Positions 13,299 to 27,250 are shown, counted from the first letter of the stretch. The stretch is DNA of 64,000 nucleotides from Octopus vulgaris (GCA_951406725.2 OX597823.1:81778001-81842000); one strand, 5' to 3'. Notes: a model not told the origin generated them from the sequence alone. Made by a program: numbers and translations.

Positions 13299-13735
13299 TA
13301 CATAATTGTCAAGCTATGACATTTAATCAAGTATCGAAAACCAGAGAACAAACTTCACTTCAGTATGGTATATAATTCGGGTTTCCATGAGATTCCATAA
13401 CTGATTCCACTCATATGAGAGAGCAAACAGATGGTTCAGTGGTAATTCTAATCAAAGAATTAAGATTTTTTTTTTTTCCTCATTTTCTGGCTGAAGGCAA
13501 GTGGTTCAACAATCTCAATGTACAGCATCTTGAATCAATACATTTGTGTGCACAACTCGAAAACCTTGTGTTTGACCTAAAGAATGTTTACCAAAAGCCT
13601 GACAAATCATTTTGAGTATCTTGGAAGCATGTTTCTAAAGCTTCATGCAAAATTTGAGGCTGGCATGTTGCCTCAATTTCTCAATCATCAAAAAGTACAG
13701 AATAAAAGTTTTTCTAACAATGCAACAAGCCTTAA

Positions 13736-13747
13736 TGATTAATGATG

Positions 13748-13799
<52 letters not shown>

Positions 13800-13806
13800 C
13801 AATAAC

Positions 13807-13859
<53 letters not shown>

Positions 13860-13891
13860 CAACAATAACAATAATAATAATAATAATAATC

Positions 13892-13923
<32 letters not shown>
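13736..13923. repeat. (AAT)n/(GAT)n microsatellite
   Basis: Directly visible. Confidence 0.97.
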
Positions 13924-13925
<2 letters not shown>

Positions 13926-14269
13926 CATTTATTTGAATATATATAATTGTGTGTCTTTGTATCTGTTTGTTCACCATCACCACTTAATGACAGGTGTTGG
14001 TTTGTTTGTGTCTCCATCTCTTGGTAGTGGTTCAGCAAATGGAGAGTGATAGACTAAGTGCCAGGCTTAGAAGAACAAAGTAACTGCTGGGGATGATTCA
14101 TTCGAATAAGAAATTCTTCAAGGTGGTGCTCCAGCATGGCCACAGCCTAATGACTGAAACAAGTAAAAGATACATAATAAACTAAAAGGCCTTGATGATT
14201 TCATCTTCATTAATGGATGCCCTTGTTGTAACTTGAAGGTTTTCTGCTGTTTTGTGAGCTACTTTGTCC

Positions 14270-15048
14270 GGCATGGCTGTGTGGTTAGATGCTTGCTTCC
14301 CAACCACGTGGTTCTGGGTTCGGTCCCACTGCATGTCACCTTGGGCAAGTGTCTTCCACCATAGCCTCAGGCCGACCAAAGCCTTGGGAGTGGATTTGGT
14401 AGGCAGAAACTGAAAGAGGCGAGCTGGCAGAAAGGTTAGCACGCCGGGTGAAATGCTGAGCGGTATTTCGTCTGCCGTTACGTTCTGAGTTCAAATTCCA
14501 CTGAGGTCGACTTTGCCTTTCATCCTTTCGGGGTGATTAAATAAGTACCAGTTATGCACTGGGGTTGATATAATAAACTTGATCTGCTTGTTTGTCCCCT
14601 CTGTGTGTAGCCCCTTGTGGGCATGTAAAGAAATAGGTATTTCATCTGCCGTTACGTTCTGAGTTCATATTCCACTGAGGTCGACTTTGCCTTTCATCTT
14701 TTCGGAGTCAATAAATTAAGTACCAGTTATGCACTGGTGTTGATCTTGTTGGTCCCCTCTATGTTTAACCCCTTGTGGGCAATAAAGAAATAAGAAACTG
14801 AAAGAGGCCTATCATATGTATGTGTGTATGTATGTAAGTGTGTGTGTAGCTGTTCCCCTATCACTGCTTGACAACTGGTGTTGGTGTGTTTACGTCCCTG
14901 GAACTTAGTGGTTCAGCAAAAAGACACCGATGGAATAAGTACTAGACACAAGAAATAAGTCCTGGGTTCGATTTGTTCGATTAAAACCCTTCAAGGCAGT
15001 GCTCCAGCATGGCCATAATCAAAAGACTGAAACAAATAAAAGAGTAAA
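14270..15048 (+). mobile_element. CORE-like SINE split by a dimeric Meta-like SINE insertion (~14418-14792)
   Basis: Direct repeat AGAAACTGAAAGA at 14405-14417 and 14793-14805 flanks an insert carrying GCCTTTCATCCTTTCGGGGT...AAGTACC (Meta-domain-like) twice. Confidence 0.8.
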
Positions 15049-15324
15049 AAAGTACTCTGTCCAAATTCCTGAGAAGAGCCAATCTGCAAAAACTGGAAGA
15101 GATTGGGTTGGAATGAATTGGGGTGGAATGAAGAGTTAGAGACTTGCAGGTCATGTTTTCCAACAACCAGAAGAATTACCAAAGACAGCTCTACAAGGGG
15201 TACCATTAGAAGGATGAAGAAAGAGAGAGAGAGAGAGAGAGAGAGCCAAGAGTACAGAAGGTATCAGGTGGCCATGGGATGTGTTAAAAATAATAGCTAA
15301 ATCACCCTTAAACCACGTGTGTGC

Positions 15325-15378
<54 letters not shown>

Positions 15379-15478
15379 CTTTTTCATAATCATATAAATA
15401 CCAGTGTATAGAACACAAATTCACAAAAATTCTCTGAAATTAAAAAAAAAAAATTAGAAAAGTTATGAGGAATTATTT

Positions 15479-15865
15479 AGGCGCAGGACTGGTTGTGTGG
15501 TAAGTAGCTTGCTTACGAATCATTTGGTTCGTGGTTCAGTCACTCTGTGTGGCACCTTGGGCAAGTGTCTTCTACTATAGCCTTGGACCAACCAAAGCCT
15601 TGTGAGTAGATTTGGTAGATGGAAACTGAAGGAAGCCCGTCGTACATATGTATATATGTATATATATATATGTATGTTTCTGTGTTTGTCCCCCCACCCA
15701 ACATCGCTTGACAACCGATGCTGGTGTGTTTACATCCCTGTAACCCAGCAGTTCGGCAAAAGAGACCGATAGAACAAAGAATAAATCCTGGTGTCTATTT
15801 GCTCGACTAAAAGGCGGTGCTCCAGCATGGCCACAGTCAAATGACTGAAACAAGTAAAAGAGAGA
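15479..15865 (+). mobile_element. CORE-like tRNA SINE
   Basis: GGCGCAGGA.TGG.TGTGTGGTAAG head and family tail. Confidence 0.8.
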
Positions 15866-15914
15866 GTGTTTAAACCAGGATTCCGCCAGACACTCTTTAT
15901 TTATTTTTGCGCCC

Positions 15915-16193
15915 TTTACAAGCCTATCCAGGCTCATGGGCCCGGTTTCCCGGTTTCTATATGTTCCCCCCATCTGGACGGGATGCCAGTCCATCAAGAA
16001 ACAGGAAGAAAAAGTGAGAGAAAGTTGTGGCGAAAGAGTACAACAGGGGTCACCACCACCCCCTGCCGGAGCCTCGTTGGGCTTTAGGTGTTTTCGCTCA
16101 ATAAACATACACAACGCCCGGTCTAGGAATCGAAACCACGATCCTCCGACCGCGAGGTCCACTGCTCTAACCACGGGGCCATTGCGCCTCCAC
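15915..16193 (-). mobile_element. tRNA-derived SINE (second family; relatives at 51640-51930 and 53480-53838)
   Basis: Minus-strand head GTGGAGGCGCAATGGCCCCGTGGTTAGAGCAGTGG...GGTTTCGATTCC, with a shared body in three copies. Confidence 0.7.
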
Positions 16194-17271
16194 TGATACT
16201 CTTTTACCCCCAAAATATATCTAAAACAATCCCTGAGGTACTTTAGTAGATTATTTTAAATATTAGTTACAAATTTTGGCGCAAAATCAGCATTTTCGAG
16301 TAAGGGGTGAGTCGATTACATCGACCCTTGTGCTCATCTGGTCCTTATTTTATTGATTACGATAGGACGAAAGGCAAAGACAACCTAGGCGTAATTTGAA
16401 CTCACAACGTAAAGACAGACGAAATACCAATAAGCGTTTTGTCCGGTGCATTAACGATTCTGCCAGCTTTAAAAATTACTTTAAATATTACACTTTAATG
16501 CACTAAAAACTGCTTTTTTCTCTTGAATATGCCCTGCAGAAATTGGTCACCATCCAATATGCCCGCGTGGAGGCACGTGGCTAAGTGGATAGGGTGTTAC
16601 TCTCATGATCATAAGATTGTGGTTTCAATTCTTGAACAGAGTGATGCAGTGTGTTCTTTAGCTAAACGCTTCATTTCACGCTACTGCTGTCCATTCAACC
16701 GGCAAAAATGCATAATTCAGCGACGGACCGACGTCCCATCCATGTAAGAATATTACACGCCACAGAATCCCGGTGAACCGACCATTGATCCTAATATGCC
16801 CGTGGGTACTGATTTCAGTCGATCCCATAGAGATTAAACGTGAACCCTGTAAATATTTACTTTACGATTATTTAAACATCAGTTGCATGAAGTCACAGCA
16901 AAGACCACCACACTGTATTAAGAACGCGCCAATGCTTTCACAAGAATCTTTATAAAATATCATTTATTGAAAATAAATGTCGAATAAATTGTCGTTTACG
17001 ATGTAAACTTTAGATTTCTTCTGGAGTGTAAAAATGAGATCATATTGCAGTTTAAGTCAAAGGGAAACAACTCAACTAATATTATTGATAAAGTAAATAT
17101 GAATTATTTCCCTTACTCTATCGATTTACTTTGCTTGACAGAGTTTATTTTCTTGGCAGCAGAGAGAGTTTAATCGATTAAATCGATCAGGACTTGACCG
17201 CTACTTTATTTTATACAACTTCCGCTGGCATTACCATCGTTGTCATGGATGTCGTCATCATCATCATTGTT

Positions 17272-17543
17272 GGTACTACTTGAGAACAATGGTCCCGGTG
17301 CGCGCACTCGCGTAGTCGCACATCCGCGCTTAGCTAGTCGTAACTAGTCGATCCTACGACGACTACCTAGCAAAGTAAATAAAACACAAAATAAATAAAA
17401 CACAAAAACACAAAGTAAATAAATTTTTAAACAAAGTAAATAAAATAAAAACACAAAGTAAGGATCGACTAGTCACGACTAGCTAGAGCGGATGCGCGAG
17501 TACGCGAGTGCACGCACCGGGACCACTGTTCTCAAGTAGTACC
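17272..17543. mobile_element. MITE with ~80-bp TIRs, GG termini and near-perfect 9-bp TSD (Merlin- or Mutator-like)
   Basis: GGTACTACTTGAGAACA...GTCGATCCT pairs with AGGATCGAC...TGTTCTCAAGTAGTACC. Flanks are ATCATTGTT and ATCATTGTC. Confidence 0.8.
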
Positions 17544-17887
17544 ATCATTGTCATCATTATCATCAGCATCATCCCCATAATCGTCACCACCGCTGTCACC
17601 ACCAGCCATCCTCCCTCCACCATTCTTGTCATCATCGTTGGCGTCATCATCATCACCATGACCATCATCATCATCACCTTTTCCTGTCTCATTACCACCA
17701 TCGTCACCATCGTCATTGCGGATATCATCACTGCTGCCACGACCACGACCACCACGACTACCACCGCGACCACCACCACCACCACCACAACCACCACCAT
17801 CACTGTTCATGTTGCATTCATTGATATAATCCATCATCAAACTTAACACAGCTGTTGTCTGGTGTCACTGTGCTCAATGAAAGATTG

Positions 17888-18119
17888 ATATGATATATGT
17901 GTGTGTATATATATATGTGTGTGTGTGTATGTATGTATGTATGTATGTATGTGTGTGTATATATATATATGTGTGTGTATGTGTGTGTATGTATATATAT
18001 ATATATGTGTGTGTGTGTGTGAGTGTGTGTGTATGTGTGTGTATGTATGTGTGTGTATGTATGTGTGTGTATATATATATATGTGTGTGTGTGTGTATGT
18101 GTGCGTATGTATATATGTG

Positions 18120-18196
<77 letters not shown>

Positions 18197-18208
18197 GTAT
18201 GTATATAT
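17888..18208. repeat. (TG)n/(TA)n/(TATG)n microsatellite
   Basis: Directly visible. Confidence 0.95.
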
Positions 18209-18485
18209 AATTACCAGACAGATACTTTAGTATGTGGCAGGTGAAAATCAGCCCAATCTCTTTCTCTCTCTCTCTCTCTCTATCTCTCTCTAAGGCATCT
18301 CTAGTCTTGAGCAATCAATGTAAGATAAAAATAACTAACTATGGAATGGTGGAACTAAATGTCTTAATATTGCTTTAGTTTGGTCTCTGGCTGTTCTGAG
18401 TTCAAATACTGCAACAGACTTTTACTTTCACCTTCTAATATTAGTAATACATAAACACGTACATACATCCATGCATGCATAGATA

Positions 18486-18690
18486 TGAAGGGGTGTTGAA
18501 AAGTTTCTGGCTTTGGGTAAAAGAAAATGCAAGCGGATCAGTTAATTATGATTTTATTCAGTATATTTCAAATACTTATTGCAATGGTCCTTCCGTTTTT
18601 CTAAGCCCTGTAAAGAAACTCAGAAATTTGGGCCTCCAACCAGGCCTTTTGCAATACCCTTAAAACCAGGAACTTTTCAGCACTCCTTCG
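18486..18690. mobile_element. Tc1/mariner-type MITE
   Basis: TIRs TGAAGGGGTGTTGAAAAGTTTCTGG / CCAGGAACTTTTCAGCACTCCTTCG with TA on both sides. Confidence 0.75.
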
Positions 18691-19178
18691 TATGTATATA
18701 TGCATGTACTATCTTCCAAAAGACAAAACATGCTTATACTGTCTCCTTTCATAAGCTCCGTCTTGGCTTAACAACCCTCACTGTTTGTCTTTACTGTTTT
18801 GTTCTCACTGTCCTGTTCTTGTTACCACTTTCACCCTCCGCAAAAAAACCCAAATTTTATTTAATTTGCTCTACGGGAAGGACTGTTTCAACAAAGTTGC
18901 ATCTTGTCCTTGCCTTTGGAACGCGGAGCAGATGAAACAGGGACAACTGAAGAAGGAGAATATTCTTTATGTTGTTTGTCTCATTTCTCTGTTTGCTTTT
19001 TGCGTTGTTCCCAAAAAGTTCGTTTTTATGTTTTTGTTTTTTTGTTTTCGTTTCTCATTGTGTTCAATGTTTTTTTGATGTCCTGTACCATATATGCATG
19101 TATATATACATATATATGTAGGTATGTACATATATGTATGTATATATGTATATGTTTATATATTATTTATATTATATC

Positions 19179-19221
<43 letters not shown>

Positions 19222-19440
19222 GTCTATCTATCTATTTATCTCTCTCTCTCTCAGTGTGTCTGTCTGTCTGCTTGCCTGCCTGCCTGCCTGTCTGTCTATC
19301 TATCTGTCCTTTCATCTGTGTCTCTGTCTGTCTGTCTCTGTTTGTTTGAATGGACAGCCATGTTGAAGTGGTTACGAACATTCCTTGTTATAGATATACA
19401 AGTATGTATATAAATATAAATATGAATATATATATATATA

Positions 19441-19735
19441 AACAATTGCAGTGTGGAAGGTGTTTATAAGCCATTTAAGAAACACATGAAAACCGTTAGA
19501 TTCACTTCCACAATTAAATTTAATTTGTCAAAATATTTTCGTCGCTTTGAGACCACGACCTGTTCACTGACAAAACTCTGTGCTGCATCTCAGTGAACAG
19601 TTTTGTCAGTGAACAGGTCACTGTCTCAAAGTGACGAAAATATTTTGACAAATTAAATTTAAATGTTGAAGTGAATCTAACAGTTTTTGTGTGTTTCTTA
19701 AATGGCTTATAAACACTTTCCACGCTGCAATTGTT
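19441..19735. repeat. Long inverted repeat next to (TA)n (~137-bp arms, 21-nt loop); element extends to ~20210
   Basis: 19441-19577 is the reverse complement of 19599-19735 with scattered mismatches. (TA)n lies at both ends of the larger element. Confidence 0.9.
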
Positions 19736-20211
19736 TTCATTCCAGCACACGATCTCAGATCAGGTCACTTGCTATGCAAGTACATCTCCCTATCCTCTCC
19801 CCCTCATCTCCTCTCTCTACACTACACCATACGACATTACACATCACATCATACATACATACACACGTCCAGACCTCTTATACGCACTACATACTCTCTC
19901 ATACTCTCTCATACACACACACACCCTTTGTTGGGGCGTTGGTCATTTGACCCTGTTATCTCCCCTATTTTCACTCTTGCGCCTCACGTTTGATCTTTGA
20001 CTTTTGGCCGGAATCATGTTGATCCGCTAGCTTCTGCACGCATTTTTTTTCTCTCCTTGTTTCTTTCTGTGTATCTTTCTGTTGAAGAGCGTAGGCTCAA
20101 AATGTAAAAGACTTGTTTTATTTACATTCCTGAGCGCCATACTAATACAATTGTTTGTTTATATTCCACCTGCCTTCGTCTTTTGTTTATTTTCATAAAG
20201 CTTCCCGTTAT

Positions 20212-20263
<52 letters not shown>

Positions 20264-20696
20264 GTATATATACATATATTAAGCATATGATATTACTGAT
20301 ATCATAAGCTTAATGTATGTGCATTGTTAAGCACTGCAAAGCTGCAGCAAATTGCTTCCAATGTGGAGGATTAAGAGACACTGATGTAAAAAAATAACCT
20401 CTATATATCACTATCTGTTGCTCTCATTTACTTCCAGGGTGATTTTGTTCCACACAGCTTTGAAGTATGCTGTGTTTTTTTTTTTTTTTTAGCACCATGT
20501 CTTTAATGGCATCTCCATTAGATGAAATAGTATAGCTTTGTAGCATTTAGCAACATACATACATTGAGTATGTGATATTGAAAAAAGAATATATACATGC
20601 ATGTATGTATGTATGTTTATATACATCTATGTGTATGTATATATATATATATATGTATGTATATATATATGTATGTATGTATATATATGTATGTAT

Positions 20697-20761
<65 letters not shown>

Positions 20762-20765
<4 letters not shown>

Positions 20766-21168
20766 GGAGTGGCTTAGTGGTAAGTAGCTTGCTTACCAAC
20801 CATATAGTTCTGGGTTCATTCCCACTGTGTGGCACCTTGAGCAAGTGTCTTCTACTATAGCCTCGGGCAAACCAAAGCCTTGTGAGTGGATTTGGTAGAC
20901 GGAAACTGAAAGAAGCTTGTCGTATATATGTTTATATATGTATGTGTGTGTATAAAGTTTGTGTGTCTGTGTTTGTCCCCCCAACATCGTTTGACAACTG
21001 ATGGTGGTGTGTTTACGTCCCCCGTATTTTAGCGGCTCGGTAAAAGAGACCGATAGAATAAGTACTAGGCTTACAAAGAATAAGTCCCGGGGTCAATTTG
21101 CTCGACTAAAGGCGGTGCTCCAGCATGGCCGCAGTCACATGACTGAAACAAATAAAAGAGTAAAAGAG
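20762..21168 (+). mobile_element. CORE-like tRNA SINE
   Basis: Full family head and tail. Confidence 0.8.
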
Positions 21169-21245
21169 TATGTATGTATATATATATACATATATATATA
21201 TATATAGTATATATACTGGAGACTGAATCTCAATAAATTGAATAC

Positions 21246-21251
21246 TTTATT
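21246..21251 (-). promoter_or_regulatory. Candidate polyadenylation signal (AATAAA) of the CIB gene
   Basis: First AATAAA I found on the minus strand, ~425 nt after the stop codon and beyond a (GAT)n tract. Confidence 0.45.
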
Positions 21252-21675
21252 GCACATGGGATAAATCAGTGTTATTATCGTCCTGCTCTTCTCCAGCATC
21301 ATCATCACCACCACCATCATCATCATCATCACCATTATCAACATCATCATCATCATCATCGTCGTCGTCATCGTTGTCGTTCTCATCATCATTATTATCA
21401 CCACCCTCATCATCATCATCACCACTGCCATCATCAACATCATCGTCATCATCATAATTGTCATTATCATTGTCATCACCATCATCACCATCAACATCAT
21501 CATTGTCACTACCACCATCACCGACATCATTGTCATCATCATCATCATCATCATCACCATCATTGTGGAGTGTAAAATATATTCATTTCTTCCTCTTCAT
21601 CATTTCTCTCTCTCTCTTATTATTATTATTATTATTAAGTGTTAATTAGTTCAATCTTCTGGATTTCTCTGCTCT

Positions 21676-21697
21676 TCAAATACGAATATGGAAAGTG
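21676..21697 (-). CDS. CIB2/3: CIB2/3-like coding exon 7 (last; N|TFHIRI*)
   Basis: Acceptor ctatttccag then CACTTTCCATATTCGTATTTGA. TFHIRI* is the CIB2/CIB3 C-terminus. Confidence 0.92.
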
Positions 21698-21869
21698 CTG
21701 GAAATAGAGAGAAAAAAAAAGGAACAATTAGAGATAAATAGTTTTATTCTTTTATGCCTTTACAAATTTCTGTAATTGGTCACTTGCCATTCTGGAGCAT
21801 TGCCTTGAAAAGTTTAGTCAAAGTTTATCAGTCCAGCCACTTATTTTAAAAGTTTAGTTCTTATTCTAT

Positions 21870-22120
21870 CAGCGTGAGAGAAAAGGAGTGTGTGGGAGAA
21901 AGAGAATGAGATAAAAAGAGAAAGAGGTAGAAAAAGAAAGAGAAAAAGAGAGACGAGGAATAAAAGAAGGAGAGAGAAAGAGAGACAGAGGGGGAGAGGG
22001 AGAGAGAGGGGAATAGAGTGAGTAAGAAAAAGAGAGAGAATGAGAGAAAGACAGTGTGATAAGAGAAAGAGATGGCAAAAAGTGAGAGAAGAAGAGAGAG
22101 AGAGGAAGGGAGAGAGAGGA

Positions 22121-22172
<52 letters not shown>
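21870..22172. repeat. GA-rich / (GA)n tract
   Basis: Directly visible. Confidence 0.9.
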
Positions 22173-22173
<1 letters not shown>

Positions 22174-23078
22174 TATGGACTAGTATTTTACTGGTATGCC
22201 TCCTGCAGCAGAGTAGATTGGATCAATGTGAAATGAAGTGCCTTGCTTAAGGATACAATGCTTCAACTGATCCAGGAATTGAACTCATGATATCCTGATC
22301 CAAGAACTGAATGCCCTTAGGCCACACACCTTCACCTGTATACACATAAACACACGATTTCATCCAGAAACATTTTTGAATTGCATTAACAGATCACTCG
22401 TGTGGTTGCTTTAATTCACAACGGTTGAGTCAAATCAAGTCAGCAGTTGAAGATATGTGCCACAAGGTGCCTGTGCTAATGCAACTGGATGCTCAATGTG
22501 ACATAATGCTATGAACCAAAAAGGAAGGGAAAAAAGAGAGTCACTTACTGTAATGTGTTTTTTTGCATGACGTTATTGCCTGAGGTTACCTTGGTCTTTT
22601 CCGTAGGCTTTTCTTTCCATGGATAAACCTAATCTGTTTCCCCTTTTTTTTCCCCCACAATCCCTTTTGATGGAATTTCTACTCCCACCCCTTTTTTTTT
22701 CTTTTCCCCAAAAGAATTGCTCTACTTTGTATTTTGTCCCTTCTTTGCTCAGCCCTGTGTGGCCAATAAAGGAACATATCTGTCTGTCTTTCTGTCTGTC
22801 TGTCCGTCTATCCGTCCATCCGTCCGTCCATCCATCTATCTGTCTTTCTCTATCTGTTCATCTGCCCATCTTTCTGTCTACCTGTCTGTTTGTCAATCTA
22901 TCTATTTGTCTAAATCTATCTATCTACTACCTACACACACTCACACACACACACACGGATGCACACATACACATAAACGCACACACACACACATAGATGC
23001 ACATACACAAACACATACTCACATACATATATATATTCTACTTGAAATTCATAAGGTAAAAAAAATACTTCTACATAC

Positions 23079-23167
23079 TTCAAGAATTCAGGATCTCTTG
23101 AAATTATATATTCAAATTCTACATATGACAGTTTTCCCTTGTGGTCAAAATCTCCTTCTTCCAACAC
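23079..23167 (-). CDS. CIB2/3: CIB2/3-like coding exon 6 (EF-hand 4)
   Basis: tttgtag|VLEEGDFDHKGKLSYVEFEYIISRDPEFL|gtatgt; 89 nt. Confidence 0.93.
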
Positions 23168-23283
23168 CTACAAAAAAAAAAGCAACAAAACAAACAATAA
23201 ATAAAATAAACCTGAACCTATTTTTCCACACATTGTGGAAATATTTAAACCGACCACATCCAGCTGCTATATTGTACCTGTTT

Positions 23284-23337
<54 letters not shown>

Positions 23338-24004
23338 CCTTTCTATTATAGGTGCAGGGCCTGAAATTTTTGGGGAGGGAGCTAGTCGATTACATCGACC
23401 CCAGTGCATAAATGGTACTGATTTATTGACACCGAAAGGATGAAAGGCAAAGTTGATCTTAGTAATGGGCAAAATACCAATGACTAAGGGTACACTAGGC
23501 ATATGCATCACAACCATATTTGCATGACATGGTGATCTCATATCAAGATAAACAGCACATGACCTTGGACAGTACATAGAATAAACAGTGAATGAATTGT
23601 CAAAAAAAAAGGCTAGTGGGGACATTGGGTGTATTGTTGTGAATTTCAGAAAGCTTGGAAGTTTTGAAGGATGTAGTGTCCCAACAGCTAACAACTGATG
23701 TTCAAACTAGCTAGATCTGGTATCTCACACCTATTCTACAATGTCGTTCTACAAGTAGACAATCTCTTAATTGAAATCTTTAAGTTAGAAGAAGAAATAT
23801 GATTAATGATTAATGTCAAAGCAATGAATAAATAAACATTACATTTGACAGGGTTATTAAGTTAAACTATTTACATATCCAGCGAATAAATTGCCTTTTA
23901 ATTGATTTTTTATAGCTGAATGCCTTTTGCATGACTATTCAACTGTTATATAATTATAAAACACGTTTCACAAGTAGACAGCAAATATAATTTCATGAGA
24001 TCGT

Positions 24005-24412
24005 TGCCAGGGTAACAAGCTGGCCTCCGTGCCGAGGGCACATTAAAAACACCAATCGAGCATGATCGTTACCTGCATCGCCTTACTAGCACTTGTGCTG
24101 GTGGTTTGTGAAAAAACATTTGAGTGAGGTCATTGCCAGTGCTGCTGGACTGGCTCCTGTGCAGGTGGCATATAAAAAGGACCTTTTGAGTGTGGCCGTT
24201 GCCAGTACCGCCTGACTGGCCCTCATGCCAGTGGCACGTAAAAGCACCCACTATACTCTCGGAGTGGTTGGCATTAGGAAGGGCATCCAGCTGTAGAAAC
24301 TCTGCCAGATCAGATTGGAGTCTGGTGCAGCCATCTGGTTCGCCAGACCTCAGTCAAATCGTTCAACCCATGCAAGCATGGAAAGCAGATGTTAAACGAT
24401 GATGATGATGAT
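24005..24412 (+). mobile_element. RTE 3'-UTR element with (GAT)n tail
   Basis: Same family as 604-1192 and 3820-4092. Confidence 0.7.
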
Positions 24413-24884
24413 TTTTACCTAGGGTCAAATGACTATAAGAAGGTTTACTGTGAATCTTGATCATATTTTTCTATATTTTATTGTGAGATGAATTGAATTA
24501 TGTTGTTTATTTTCTAGATTATTTCCTCCTCCTGTATGTATTGTTTTCGTATTTCACTTGGTATTCTCCTAAGGGGTGCAGGTGTGGCTATGTGGCTGTG
24601 TGGCCACATGGCTTAAGATGTTTGCTTTGTAACCATGTGGTTTCAGGTTCACTCCCACTGTGCAGCACCTTGGGAAAATGTTTTTTTTTCTACCATAGAC
24701 CCTAGTCAATCAATGCCTTCTGAATAAATTTTGTTGATGGAAACTGTGTGGAAGATTTCATCATCCAGTCCCATTGTTCAACTGGTAGTTATTTCATCAA
24801 TCCTCAAAGGATGAAAGGCAAAGTCGACCTCGTTAGCTCAGAACTTAGAGATAAATGAAATGCTGTTAAGTATTCTATTTGGTT

Positions 24885-25087
24885 TACTCTTTTACTTGTT
24901 TCAGTCATTTGACCGTGGCCATGCTGGAGCACCGCCTTTAGTTGAGGAAATCGACCCTAGGACTTATTCTTTGTAAGCCTAGTGCTTATTCTATTGGTCA
25001 CTTTTGCCGAACTGCTAAGTTACAGGGATGTAAACACACCAGCATCGGTTGTCAAATGATGTTGGGGGTACAAACACAGACACACAA

Positions 25088-25123
<36 letters not shown>

Positions 25124-25300
25124 ATACATATATACGATGGGCTTCTTTCAGTTTCCGTCTACCAAATCCACTCACAAGGTTTTGCTCGGCGTCTGAGGCT
25201 ATAGTAGAAAACACTTGCCCAAGGTGCCATGCTGTAGGACTGAACCCAGAACCATGTGGCTGGTAAGCAAACTACTTACCACACAGCCACTCCTGCACCT
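24885..25300 (-). mobile_element. CORE-like tRNA SINE
   Basis: Full family sequence on the minus strand. Confidence 0.8.
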
Positions 25301-25598
25301 ATAATCGTTTGCTGAAGATTCTACCAGCTCACCACCTTAAATAACTGAAAGGAATTTATGCTTTCAACTTTTGTGAGACTTCCTGGGGTATTTTGTTAAC
25401 AAGGGGCCTCAAAGCGGTATATAGGAACTCTAAGACTGAAGGTAGAAGGTGAGGAATTAACCATGAACCAGAGGACCTAGTCTGAATTCTTCCAATGAAG
25501 TAGGCTTTTCTGAAAACTCCCTACTAAACAGTGCAGGTTTGTAAAAAGAAGTAAAGAAAATTATGTTTAAAGAAATCCTCTCTTGTAATTAAACTCAC

Positions 25599-25705
25599 TT
25601 TATTTACAATAATTTCTCTTTCCTTCTCTGTTAATTCGTTGCGAGTCAGACATTCCAGGGTTTTGTCCAAATCTGTTTTTCCAAGAGATTTATCATTGTC
25701 ATAAT
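25599..25705 (-). CDS. CIB2/3: CIB2/3-like coding exon 5 (EF-hand 3)
   Basis: ccttccag|DYDNDKSLGKTDLDKTLECLTRNELTEKEREIIVNK|gtgagt; 107 nt. Confidence 0.93.
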
Positions 25706-25741
25706 CTGGAAGGAAAATATTCCATAATGACAAAAACCATA

Positions 25742-25795
<54 letters not shown>

Positions 25796-26193
25796 CCTGC
25801 ACACATACACACACACACACACACACATATGCATGCACACATACACACACACACACACATGCATGCACACATACACACATTCATGTGCACACACACACAC
25901 GCATGCACACATGCATGCATGTGCACATAGGTGCGCTCACACACATACATGCACACACAGACACATGCACACACACACATGAATACACAAAGACACAGAC
26001 ACACACACACACACACATGGACACACACAGACACTGACACAGGCACACACACACACATGCACACACATACAAGCCCATACACACAAACAAACATTAGGAG
26101 GGGAATTGTCTACAGGCAGTGAATAACAATAGACAATGAATCAGCCGAGTTTTTGTGGGCTGGAACGGATTAAACTCATACTACGAGATATCC

Positions 26194-26276
<83 letters not shown>

Positions 26277-26324
26277 GTATGAGTGTATGTATGTATGTAT
26301 GTATGTATGTATGTATAAGATTTG

Positions 26325-26377
<53 letters not shown>

Positions 26378-26460
26378 CATATATCTCAAATCTTCAATAT
26401 TTTGTAATCTACGAACAATGTCAGGCTTTCCAAGAAGTAAAAGTAAAGTCTTAAATATAC

Positions 26461-26608
26461 CATATATCTTAAAAGCGTAGGATGCTTTTAGTTCCCTTGG
26501 CGCCGAGTCTGAGAAAATAGAAAACATATCGAGGAATTCATCAAAAGTTAAATTTCCTGAATTGTCTGCTGAAAACACTTGGAAAATTCTTTGATGAAAT
26601 GGATTCTC
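26461..26608 (-). CDS. CIB2/3: CIB2/3-like coding exon 4 (EF-hand 2)
   Basis: ccttgcag|[50 protein letters not shown]|gtatat; 148 nt; ENPF and YAFKIYD are CIB hallmarks. Confidence 0.96.
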
Positions 26609-27152
26609 CTGCAAGGAAAAGTAAGATAGTAATAACAAGAAAATTAGAATGAAGATGATGAGAATGATGATGATGACAATGACGATGACGATGATGATGG
26701 TGATGATGGCGATGATGATGATGATGATGATGATGGCAATAATGACAACGATGATGACAAAGATGATGACTATGATGATGATGATGATGGCAATAATGAC
26801 AACGATGATGACAAAGATGATGACTATGATGATGATGATAGAGCCAATGACAATTTTTCTATGTAGTCTAACTCCAATAAGCTTAGAATTAGTAAATCAT
26901 TAAAATGTCTTAAAACTCAAAACTCCAATGTAGTTTTCTCTGACAAATATACAAATGTGTGTGTGTGTGTTTGTGTGTGCGTGTGTGTGTGTGTGTGTGT
27001 GTTTGTCTGTGTTTGTCTGTGTGTGTGTATTATATATAAACACATATAGGTACATATATATAGATACATCGTGAGGGATCTATGCTAGATGTGTCGAATC
27101 AATTGTCGTGATTAATAAATTCTCGTATATTCCATTTTCCTTTTTTCATTTA

Positions 27153-27154
<2 letters not shown>

Positions 27155-27250
<96 letters not shown>

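Noticed and set aside
19599-19650. GTCA-GTGAACAG-stem-GAAAATATTTTGAC as a hammerhead inside the 19441 palindrome
   Set aside because: A stem II and GAAA are present but the CUGANGA core is absent.
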